Positions 1-10,595 of a stretch of 64,000 bases of DNA are shown piece after piece. The stretch's first letter is position 1; each line of letters starts with the position of its first letter. The stretch comes from Macrostomum lignano. Lineage: Eukaryota. The notes under the pieces are model-generated. The model did not search any database and had not been told where the DNA came from. It saw only the letters and a program-made list of their open reading frames with translations. A program made the translations under genes and the position numbers. The stretch covers positions 1 to 64,000 of the forward strand of contig NIVC01003969.1 of the NCBI GenBank assembly GCA_002269645.1, in the 5' to 3' direction.

Positions 1-3000
1 GCCTACGGAAAAACCTGTATGAAGTGCGGAAAAAAGAATCATTTTAGCAACGTCTGCAGATCTGGAGCTACTCGTTCGCTGCACCACACGACGGCAGACC
101 AAGGTGACGAGGGCGAAGAGCCAGCTCATTCACCGGGATCCATCATGCACCTCACCGACGCAAGTTCTGTGCACGCTATCAGCGAGACTATCGAAACGGT
201 GGTCGTCGATGGCAGAAGCCTGAGGATGCAGGTTGATACTGGGGCGTCTGTCTCAGTGATTTCAAGTGCGCAGTGGATTTCGCTGGGTCGCCCGCACCTG
301 CAAAAATGCTTTCGCCGCCTTGAGGCCTTTGATGGTCACGTCATGCGTACACTGGGCAAATTGTGCACCGCTGTGCAGCTCCGAGGACGTTTGCACCCAG
401 CAGAGCTTATGGTTGTTGCCTCAAGCAAGGCTCATGGTCTTATCGGCCGTGATCTACTGCAGTCAGATAAACTCTTTCACGCTACGGCCTTGCCATCTTA
501 CATCCAGCAGGCTGTGGAACCTCTGCCGACAATTAAGGGCGTGAAAGCCAAAATGGAGCTCGTGGACGGAGCCAGGCCACAGTTTTGTAGGGCTCGGCCC
601 GTACCAATCGCACTGGAGGCCAAGATCAACGCGGAGCTGGATCGATTGCAAATGTTGGGCGTCATCGAGCCCATTGAGGGCCCTGTCAACAACGCGTCGC
701 CCGTCGTGTGGGTGAAGAAGAAGGATGGCTCATTAAGAATGTGTGCCGACTATAGCGTACACGTCAACGCAAAAATCCAATCAGATTCCTACCCCATTCC
801 AAACGTCGAGACGATGTTCTCACGGCTCAAGAATTCAAAGACATTCGCTACTGTGGATTTGCGTTCTGCCTATTGGCAGATCGAACTGGATGATTCCGCT
901 CGGGATTTATCCGTAATAAACACATCCCGGGGCTCTACCGCGTCAATAGGCTTCAAATGGGGATGAAAAACGCTTCCTTCATCTTCCAACGCACAATGGA
1001 GTCCATTTTGGGTGATATTAAAGGTCTACTCATCTACCAAGATGATATTCTCGTACACGCACCGGACGCAGTCGTCTTGGAGAAGCGACTAGCGGCAGTC
1101 AGGAAGCGCCTCACCGAGAAGCGAGTGACTATAAACGAATCCAAGTGCATCAACTACTCTGACTCTGTGTCATTTCTAGGCTTCCGGATTTCCGCCGCCG
1201 GAATCCAGCCAGACGAGCGTCTCGTAGAGAAGATTCGCCATGTATGCGTACCGAAAAACAAGACGGAGCTCTCCCAGTTTCTAGGTCTAGTCAATTTCTT
1301 CGGACGATTGATTCCGAACTTTGCAGGCAAAACTGCTCCGCTTAACAGACTGCGAAAGGCTGGCATTCCGTTCACCTGGTCAGACGAGTGTTCCCGAGCC
1401 TTCAATAATCTGAAAGCGGAGATTGCATCCGCGCCGGTCGTGCAGCCATACAGTCTGACTAAAGAGCTGATTCTGACGACAGATGCGTCCAAAGGTGCAC
1501 TCGCCGCCGTGGCAACGCAGGAGGGTCATCCGGTAATATACGTCTCCCGTACCCTTTCGGCCGCTGAAAGCAACTATTCAAACATCGAACGCGAAGCACT
1601 TGCAATCTTCTGGGCCGTCTCCCGACTCAAGCATTTCCTACACGGTCGCAAGTTCGTGATTCAGACAGATCATCAGCCGCTACTGCGCCTCTATGGAAGC
1701 GGGATTCCGCTAAATACGTCAGCGAGGATTGGCCGCTGGGCCATGTACTTAATGCAGTTCGACTTTGACATCCGTTACGCGCGAGGGAGCAGCATTCCCC
1801 ATGCTGACGCAATTTCTAGACTGCGCTTTGACGACTGCACCTCGGACGACAAGGAGACGTTTGAAGCTATTAATGCTGTGGCTTTTGAGGCACCGGTGAT
1901 TGACGCAGATAGGGTTGCAGCCGAACTGAGTACTGACGCGTTCGCTCAACGCATCTTGGAGCGTGTACGCTCCGGCAATTGGAGGAGTTGCAGTCAGGCA
2001 GAGGCATCCTTCAAGAAGGTTGCGGAGACACTAACGCTGGAGAACGGGCTTCTCTATATGCAGAGACGCGTGTTTATACCACCGCGGCTGCGCAAGGCAG
2101 CGTTTGAGGCCGTTCATGACACCCATTCAGGTGCACAAGCTTCGTACAACCTGCTCTCAGCGTCCTGCTGGTGGCCTGGCATGCAGCAGGATGTAACCCA
2201 GTTTGTCCAGCGCTGCCCAGGCTGTTGCCACTTGCGACCTCGCTTGGGAAATGACAGAGACCACTGGCCGGCAGCTTCGTACCCGTTTCAACGTATCCAT
2301 ATGGACTGGGCCTATGTGAAGGACGCCGGTAACATTCTAGTCATCGTTGACACATTTTCTGGCTGGATAGAGGCATTCCCCTGTCGGAATAGAACTGGCG
2401 AATCAGTTATGCAGTGTTTGCGCGCAGTGTTCGCACGCTTTGGAGTGGCCGAGCTGGTAGTGTCCGATAATGCACCAGAGTTCATCGGTGATCCCCTCTA
2501 CTCTTGGCTACGGGCCAATGGTGTCCATAAACTTGAATCGCCAGCTTATTATCCACAGGCAAACGGAGCGGCCGAACGCGCTGTACAGACCGTCAAAGCT
2601 GCACTGCGCGCGTGGTCAGAGAGAATTACGCACATGGAATTCAGCCATTTTCTGCAGAAAGTGCTGCTCCACCATCGGAACTCAGCATCGTCGCGGGGGC
2701 AATGCCCGGCCGAGATACTGTTCGGCAAAAAGCTCAGAGTACCGGTGGTGACGCACTTTGAGCAAGGTGACGGCGTCATGTATCGGCCTACCGCCTCCGC
2801 AAGCACCAACTCAGCCACATTTCTAATGACGTCAGGGCGCAACACCGCATGGATTCTGGCTAAAAATGGATTGCACCTGGCCAGTACAAACCAACTGGCG
2901 CCCGCGGCCGATCCATTCGCCACCGACGAGGAGGATAGCTATGAAACCGACGCTCCAGTTCCGAACGTCGACGAGGACTCAAGAGACGAAGACCCTGCTA

Positions 3001-3092
3001 CGGGACAGGAGGGTCCAACCCAGGAGCATGGGGCTGCGTTGCCCCGCCGTAGCACCCGTGCATGCCGCGCGCCTGATCGCTTCTCACCATGA
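1..3092 (+). CDS. gag-pol polyprotein, split by one frameshift at about 929-932
   Basis: ORFs 19..966 and 957..3092 join into INTSRGLYRVNRLQMGMKNAS if one G is added to the GGGG run at 929-932. Confidence 0.9.
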
Positions 3093-3260
3093 TTGACTCA
3101 CTGACAATTCTTCAGATAACAAAAACTGCTCTACTTAATCATATACCTAACATAACGCTCTGGCATAGTCGTTTCCCACATATGATAGTTTGAATAGTTC
3201 TTTCTATGATTGTTGCTCACGCGCGTATGCGTGAATATCGGCCCACGCCCTTCGTTCCGT

Positions 3261-3532
3261 AAGGGGGACATGTTGTGCATCAGAGCTCAGCCTATAGCTT
3301 TAGTGCATTATTGTTTTTCTGTCTATGTGACTTAAGCTCGCTCAACTTTCGTTTTGTTGCTGTTTAGTTAGTCTATGGCAGTATACTCTTTCTTTCGCAG
3401 AGCTCCTCTCGGTTTCAGCCCTTCTCCCCCTCAAGACCCCGCCCAGAACTATGCGTTCAAGATTCCTGATTATACCATCAAATATAAACGATAACCTTGC
3501 ACCGCTCGTCATCTTAATCTCGACACACATCA
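3261..3532 (+). repeat. Polypurine tract (3261-3268) and putative 3' LTR (3271 to about 3532, TGTTG...CATCA)
   Basis: AAGGGGGA lies directly before TGTTGTG. AATATAAA occurs at 3481. CA ends are available at 3529 and 3532. The partner LTR is not visible. Confidence 0.65.
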
Positions 3533-6149
3533 ATTTTTGTGCTAAATATCGTGTTTTGTAGTCTTAATCGAAAAAAAGGCCTATAATGGCCTTCTGAAGG
3601 GAGATTTTTGCTCAAAAAATTATTTCTTGCAACTGTTTTGATGAAAATGAAGGCCTTGGCTCCAAATCATTTTGCAGCAACTTCTCTCCAAACTTCACCT
3701 TTCTATTGTTATTCGGTTTGTACACACAAAGGGTGGAAAATTTGTGTCATATTTTATCAAATTAATTGTTATACCTTCGAGAGAATCGAACTCCCGACCT
3801 TTCGTATTTAAAAATGCGCGTTGATTCACCCTCTTCCCAATAGCAGTGGAGGCGCAACAAAAAACAGGAAATTCTTTAAAGCTGTTTAGGAGTTCGTAAA
3901 TGAAAAAAATAAATTGGTACCGTACATGTTAAGGCAAAGAAAGGCAAAGAAACTGTAAAAAAATCAATAACAAATTGAATATCTGCTGTACAAAATTGAA
4001 TCGCACCAATAAGTGTGAATTAAATGTCTCAGAAAGAGGAATCCAACCGGATTAAGATGTCAAGCAAAATAAATTATTACGGGTGTAGTAGTGCTTAGAT
4101 AATGAAGATAATTAAATAGATAATGCAGATGCAGAGAGATGGTAAATTTTATAGTAAGCCAGAATGAAACATTAACATTAAACAGCGTTGTATATTAAAC
4201 AGCTACAGCCCACCATGAACATCCAACTTGGTGGTAGAGGGGCGAGTGTCCATTTAAGGGTGTTGCCTCCACGCGCTTGCCTCTTATTTAGGGTCATCAA
4301 ACTCTGTTACTTTTTGAAAGCGCCATGAAATTAACCGTCAAATTAAACGTCTGCTGTGCAAAACCACGAAAAACTTGTAACAAGCTATGTGTTCTCAAAT
4401 AGTTCAGAATCATTTATTAGGTGGATGTGTGAACAAGCCTGTAAATAGTAAACTGTAATACTTGCAATTATTTACATATTTACAATCCCATTTAAAGTCG
4501 AATGGTTGTGTCCTACTTAAAATGTTACGTATACTAGTTTTAGTAGTAAAATAGCTCTTTATTATTCTTTATTCTCTCTTTATTACTCTTTACTCTTTAC
4601 TCTTTATTATTATTCTTTTTTTATTATAATCACATAGACATAGAGACAAGTTTTTGTTTCTAAAAAGTACATGCCACAGTGGAATAGCTCTGATAAATTT
4701 CTGAGTTAAGAACCGTTAAACGTACTTGTGAGATATTTTTAGTAGAACGTTTTGCTTTGCCTTTGCTTTTTCAAATAGTTAAATTTGAAAATAATAACTT
4801 TAATTAATTAAATTTTATTGGAAAATCAATAATAAAATAACAGTTGCTAACGCTAATCAGTTCAAGTTAGCTTAACCGCCGTTTTCTATCGGTGAGAGAA
4901 ATATTTATTTCCTAAAGTATTATGTAAATATGAAGTTCTTTTTAACTTACATAATAGTTACACATTAGTAACATATTAGCTATTCAAAAGGTAAAGCAGT
5001 GAAGCACCATTCCAATTAGAGTAGCATGCTAAGGACAGCAACTTAAATTAAGCTGAACAAAAAGATAAGTTAAAAATCTGCATAGTTTCCACCACGCTAA
5101 AGATATCTTCAAAAAGAAAAACTATTGTTTCAAAAATGTAATTTTTAAGTATATTTGAAAATTATGATTTTGGTGTCTGTTTGCATATTTAACCTGTTGA
5201 GCGATAAAAATATGTATTATTTGTTATAACGCGTTATAATTTTAAATTAATATCTTTTTCGCAGAATCGCTGGTTGAGACTTACGAGACTGGCATCTTGC
5301 TTGCTGTACTTGCGTGGCTAAAGGGGCTTGCCCTAACTCTAAGCTGAGGTGGATAAGAACTGACGTAAATTCATATGTCTTTCGTGATTGAAGGATTCAA
5401 AACCATATACATTTGGGATTGGGACTCAAGTTTTTACTGGCTGGGGATTTGGTATTCATATATTTTAAGTTAGCCTATCAAATATTTTAACTTACTCTTT
5501 TTTAACTTGCCAGGCACTTAGGAGGTTTCCATCTGTATTTTGTATCCAAACTGATAAGTGACACTAAGTAACACTAAGTACTAAAAGTAAAACTAAGTCT
5601 GAGGTATCTATCTATAAGGCATTATATGAAGCAATGTCCAAGTAAGGTTTACTTAATCAAATATTTAATCAAATTTAATCAAATCACATTTAACAATTTA
5701 ATTAAGTCCCTAACAATGCAATATACGTTGTCCTAACCTAATCTTAACCTAAGTAGGCTTAAGTAGTCAATTTTATGTTTATGTTAGTTTTTTATTTTAT
5801 AATAAATCCTTAAAAAAGAAGTATTATGGCCTAGGACAAGGTCCTTAAAATATTAAGTCATAAAAAATAGAAAATAGTCAAAATCTAGTTAAGTTAGATT
5901 AGAATTTGTTACAAAAATCCTTTAAACTCTAATTTGCATAGGCCTAGGCCTATGATATGGTAAATATTGATGCGACACAGACAATTTATTTTAGTTTGAA
6001 TGATAATGCAGCAAACTGATCTATTTGCTAAGTAAAAATTCACAACAAAGAAAGGCTAGATTTAGTTATATAAATACAAAATGGTATAAAATGATATTTG
6101 AGTTATCAATAAAAGTTAAAATAGAAAGTATGTTATGTATGCAAGAGGG

Positions 6150-6425
6150 CCATAGCCTAGCAGTCTAGCATAAGCTCTAGTATTCCAGTAACCCAGGCTT
6201 GATTCCAAGTGCAATCACATTAATTTGGGACTGAATTGGAATCTTGGCTTGGCTCTACTCTTGCAATTAATGGCCTTGAAAGCCAACCCTCCCCCTAAGG
6301 CGCAATGAAATATATATGCCTAACAATAAAATAAAGTTAGGGCCACTATACATCCCTATATGAGTGAGTACCTATGTACATATCCATGCACTTGTATGCT
6401 TGCTCAGGGGAGTTGGTGGAATGGG
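6150..6425 (+). mobile_element. Degenerate tRNA-derived SINE, left half (interrupted by the YR element)
   Basis: Aligns by eye to copies at 20281-20506 and 53370-53670 (GGCTTGGCTCT..GCAATTA; GCTCAGGGGAGT..GGAATGGG). Confidence 0.7.
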
Positions 6426-6568
6426 AAGCAATGGAGGGTTCATCGGAAGTCAGAGTTAAAGGCAATGGCCTAATTGACACTTGCGGCTACCGCCACTCTG
6501 CGGCTACCACGGCTTGTGTCAAAGGCCATTGCCTTAAACTCTGACTTCCGATGAACCCTCCATTGCTT
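6426..6568. repeat. 143-bp foldback: 45-bp arms with 1 mismatch plus an inner TTGACAC/GTGTCAA stem
   Basis: 6426-6470 is the reverse complement of 6524-6568. The loop holds two TGCGGCTACC direct repeats. Confidence 0.95.
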
Positions 6569-6770
6569 AAAATTTCAAAACTCTTACGTAATCTATGCAC
6601 TTTATGGACACTATCTTGAATTCTTATCAGTCGATGCTTCTAAGGGGATTTGAGATAGGCCTAAGGTTACCTCCACCTTGCCTATGTCTCACCTTTAAGT
6701 CGCGCACCTGAAGTCACCCACCCCTTACTCTGCACCCACCCCTAAATTAATTACAAATATAAATATTTGC

Positions 6771-8308
6771 ATGTCTAGAGGTCAAATCTCAGATAGAGAA
6801 AAGCGGACGGCTGCAGAGATGGAGGCACCACTCATTAATTGGAAGCATTTGCCCTGCAGTGAGCTGGGCAACGTGACTAAGGACAAATTGAATTTTGTTT
6901 CGGAGGCTTCTTACAATGACAGAAGGGACAATGAGTTCGCTAGATTTCTCGAATTCATTCAAAAGGAGCCCGAGCCCAATGAGCATCTGCCGCTCCTGCA
7001 GGAAGGTGGCGTAGATATCAGCGCCATGGACATCGCCGAGATTGACAGCCTACCAGCAGACAGCAGGAAGCAGATGATCAGCCATGGACAGCGGTTCAAG
7101 ACATTCCTCACAGAGGAAAATCTTCAGCGCAATTTACAAACCATTCCGAATTCGGTGCTCAACCAATACATTCGCTACTTCTACTTTAAACTGAAGAAGA
7201 TTGACGGCAAACCTTACTTGCCCGCATCGCTGGTGTGCATCAGGGCTGGACTGCAGCACTATTTGTGGATGATTGAGAAGCTAACCGTTGACATCATCAA
7301 TGGAGAAGACTTTTCTTCTGCAAATAGCATGCTGCGTGTGAAGGTTCGAGACTTTCACCAGAGTGGTGGGAGGACGCAGCAGTTTGAGCCAATCGAGGAG
7401 GGGGACATGAGGAAGCTGATGATCTACTTCCAAGGCAGCACAGCTGAAGTTGAGCAGGACAAATTCTTATTCTACATCATATACAGCTTTGGCGAGCGAG
7501 GCCAGGAGCACCTCAAGTTCTTGAAGGATAGAAGCTCACTTCAATTGCACGTCGACTCTGATGGAAAGCCGTTCTACTGTCTGCCTCCGTTGCCCTCGAA
7601 AAATAAGTCAGCAGATCCAGAGAAGGCCAAGAAGCAGCCGGACAACAAGCAGGCCAGAATTTACGACGTGGAAAAGGTGGAGAAATACCTCAAGCTGCTT
7701 CCAGTTACAACGAAAGACAACAATCTGTTTCCTCGTCCTTTGGCCAGCCGCAACGATGGAGGCCCTGTTTTCTCCTCGAAGCAGAACCGTGGAGAGAATT
7801 ATCTGAGTGGCTTCATGAGAAAATTGAGTATGAAGGCGGGACTTGCGAAGACCTACACAAATCATTGCATTCGGTAAGACTGATAAATTAATAATAGTAA
7901 CTTTAATTATGTTATGATACATGTTATGTTACCAATTACTCATGAATCCAACTATATAAATTTGCACTCTAAAACAGGGTCACGCGAATATGCGATCTCG
8001 AGGCGGCAGGGCACAGCATGAGCAATATAATGAGCATTACTGGACAGCTGAGCGAGCGAACGACTAGGAGGTACCTAGCCAAGCGTCGCAACCAGTCGCT
8101 TCAAAAGACGAGTGAGTCTGTTCAGGTGGCATTGAATCGTCATGATCTAGAGCAAGAAGCTGGGCCACCCGAACATGCTGATGCTGTTGAGATCGTCGGT
8201 GAGACTGCAGTATCAACGGAGGTTAGTGTTAGCACTGAAGCTGCCTATTCTGTTGGTACGAAGTTTGCCTTCAACAATTGCACCTTTCACGGATGTTCCT
8301 TTAATTAG
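6771..8308 (+). CDS. Tyrosine recombinase (Crypton/DUF3504-like), 2 exons: 6771-7873 and 7978-8308, about 477 aa
   Basis: Motifs FYFKLKKIDGKPYLPASL..IRAGLQHYL, FGERGQEH and TNHCIR. A GT-AG intron (7874-7977) joins in frame to VTRICDLEAAGHSMSNIMSITGQLSERTTRRY. Confidence 0.85.
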
Positions 8309-8668
8309 GCATGCAATCTTTACTTCTACAGGAATCAGCAAATTGTACTCGTAGAATTACTGAAAGAATAAGAATGACAGTCTAGTTTAATATTTTTTAT
8401 TTAGTGACTTTAACGACCAGTATGATGTTCATCACCGACAAAAGTTTACATGATACACTGACACTGTGCTTTTTGTACTGTCGATTTTGCAATTCCTGTG
8501 CCAGTTTAATTATTTACATCTTAAAATAAACATTTTGAATTGACTGATGCAAAATATGCTTTGCAAGATGCTGGATAAAAACTGGCTTGAATTAATTGGT
8601 TGCATTGGAATTGGAATTCTAGGCAATGGCCGGCCATTGCCATGGGTCATTGCCATGAGGAGAAATTT

Positions 8669-8740
8669 TGGGCAATGCCTCTTGTCAGTTGTATGTTATG
8701 TCATTTAAAGTGCGCCAGGGTGCATATAACCCCCTTGCCT
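8669..8740 (+). mobile_element. tRNA-derived SINE, right half
   Basis: GGGCAATGCCTCTTGTCAGTTGTATG..TTTAAAGTGCGCCAGGG continues the consensus GGGCAGTAATGCCTCTCGCTGGTTGTGTG..TTAAAGTGCACCAGGG. Confidence 0.65.
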
Positions 8741-10595
8741 CTAATAAAAAATGTTATGTATAGGCATTGATATACACATGAATAGGGTGCACGCTTAGCA
8801 TGGTAAGCAGCCCACAAAGTGAGTCAAGGTTTAATAGCTAGGCAGTCAATAGTGAGCAATAACCCCCCAACACTTCAAATATAATAAAATTTATTGAGTT
8901 ATTTATAGAGTTAAGACTTTATATAAATTTAATTTAGTTAGATTAAGAACAAGTCAATGAAAAATTGTGTCAAATTTCAAGTCAATTGCATCATATGGAG
9001 CAAACTTTAATAGCAAAAAGTTATTTAATTTTAAAACCTATTTATACTAAGGCTAGATAAAAAAGAAAAGGAAATAAAAGTTAGGGTAATTGTCTTGCTA
9101 AAAAAAGTAGGCTAGCTTTAAAAGTGCATATCACCATTTAGGAATCACTTTTAGATTCAAAATTTTATATAATTGCATTGAAATAGTTAAGATTGGTTTT
9201 TTCAAATTTCAAACTGATAAGTAAAAGTGGAGCAACACTGAAAGATAAAAGAAAAATCTAAATATACTTTTTAGTAGGCCTAGTCTTAAGTAGGAAGACT
9301 TGAATTTAGGAAATTTTAATGGTACATAGCCTTTTGAAGACATTTTCTATAGGCTAGGCCTAATGTTTTTAAAAATAGGTACAAAATTTGGTATCATTTG
9401 GTTGAGTGGTTCAGAAATCCATAGCAAATAGATTTGTACATAAGCTTAAAGTTTATAAGTATATAAAATCTATATCTATATATTTTTTCTAAAATCTATA
9501 TATAGATTTCCTAATTTTTCTATATATACATATACAATGGAAAAAATGGTAATTTTTTTACAATGGAACAATGTACAATGGAACAACCTAATGTATGTTG
9601 AAGAATAGTAAGACCTTGGCTATATGGCAAGAAATCCTAAAAGTGTATATGTTGCCTTCCAAACTATGGCAATTATAATTGTCTTAATAAGCCTAAATGT
9701 CCCATCATCTAATATTAGTACTATATCTATATACTAATAGACATTTTCTCAACTTACTATTGGTCTACTATAAATTACAATGGCTGGATTGGCTAGGTTG
9801 GCCAAAAGTATGCATGTATATTCCTATATTTGATTTCTTTTGTCCTGTGACTTAAATATATTTTTCCAAAATGTACAAAGTGCCAACATGCTTTTTACAA
9901 ATATAATATGCCAAAATCTATGAAAATAGGAATTGGCTCCAATTGGGATTAATTTACTTGTTATATAACATTGAATATATTGTTTACTTTAATATTCATA
10001 TAAGGTTTATTATATAATACAATGTTCTTTGACTATATAACTTTTTTCTGTTTTTTGGGTAAGTAAATGGTAAACAAAGTGGTAAACAAAGTAAACAAAT
10101 GGTAAAACATGGTATTTTCATTCCAAACAAAGTTGCATGGCCAATTTAATTTTAAACTTTATATGAAATATATATATAAGCTACTTTACTATCATAACTA
10201 AAATAACTTTGGTAGCTTATATGACATGCTCAATACATTTAAATCTAGGAAGAGTAATAAGGAATAAGTAATTGGAATTATTTGAAAAGTTTAAGTATTA
10301 TTCATATTTTCTTTTGCCTAATAAAACTTAATATATTTTCTGTTTATTTAGTACTTAATAGGTTACGTAAAATGAAAATAATACCCATTATGAAGAATGA
10401 AATAAATTCTTGTTAGAAACAAGAATTCTTTCTCAAAAGGAATAGATATATTGCAGTTAAAACTTAATTTAGTTTATAATTCAAAAAAATTATATTGTTT
10501 CAATTAATCCAGTTGTTACTGCTGAGGTTTATAATTTTTGGACATTTTAAAAAGTTATTAATCAAGCTGCTAATCGATATTTTGCTGTGTCCAGA

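Larger units (their letters stand above)
1..3532 (+). mobile_element. Ty3/Gypsy LTR retrotransposon, 3' part (5' LTR and most of gag lie outside the window)
   Basis: Domain order is CCHC knuckle (CMKCGKKNHFSNVC), protease (VDTGASVS), RT (YQDD), RNase H (TDAS...EREAL...TDHQPL), integrase (HHCC; MDW..SDN..ERAV). A PPT and LTR follow. Confidence 0.95.
6426..8668 (+). mobile_element. Crypton-like tyrosine recombinase DNA transposon
   Basis: Carries a single YR gene, splits a SINE, and is flanked by TGGG direct repeats (6422-6425 and 8669-8672). Both ends are palindromic. Confidence 0.75.

Noticed and set aside
3770-3815. B-box-like GGGAGTTCGATTCTC on the minus strand
   Set aside because: Too short a tRNA/SINE remnant to annotate.
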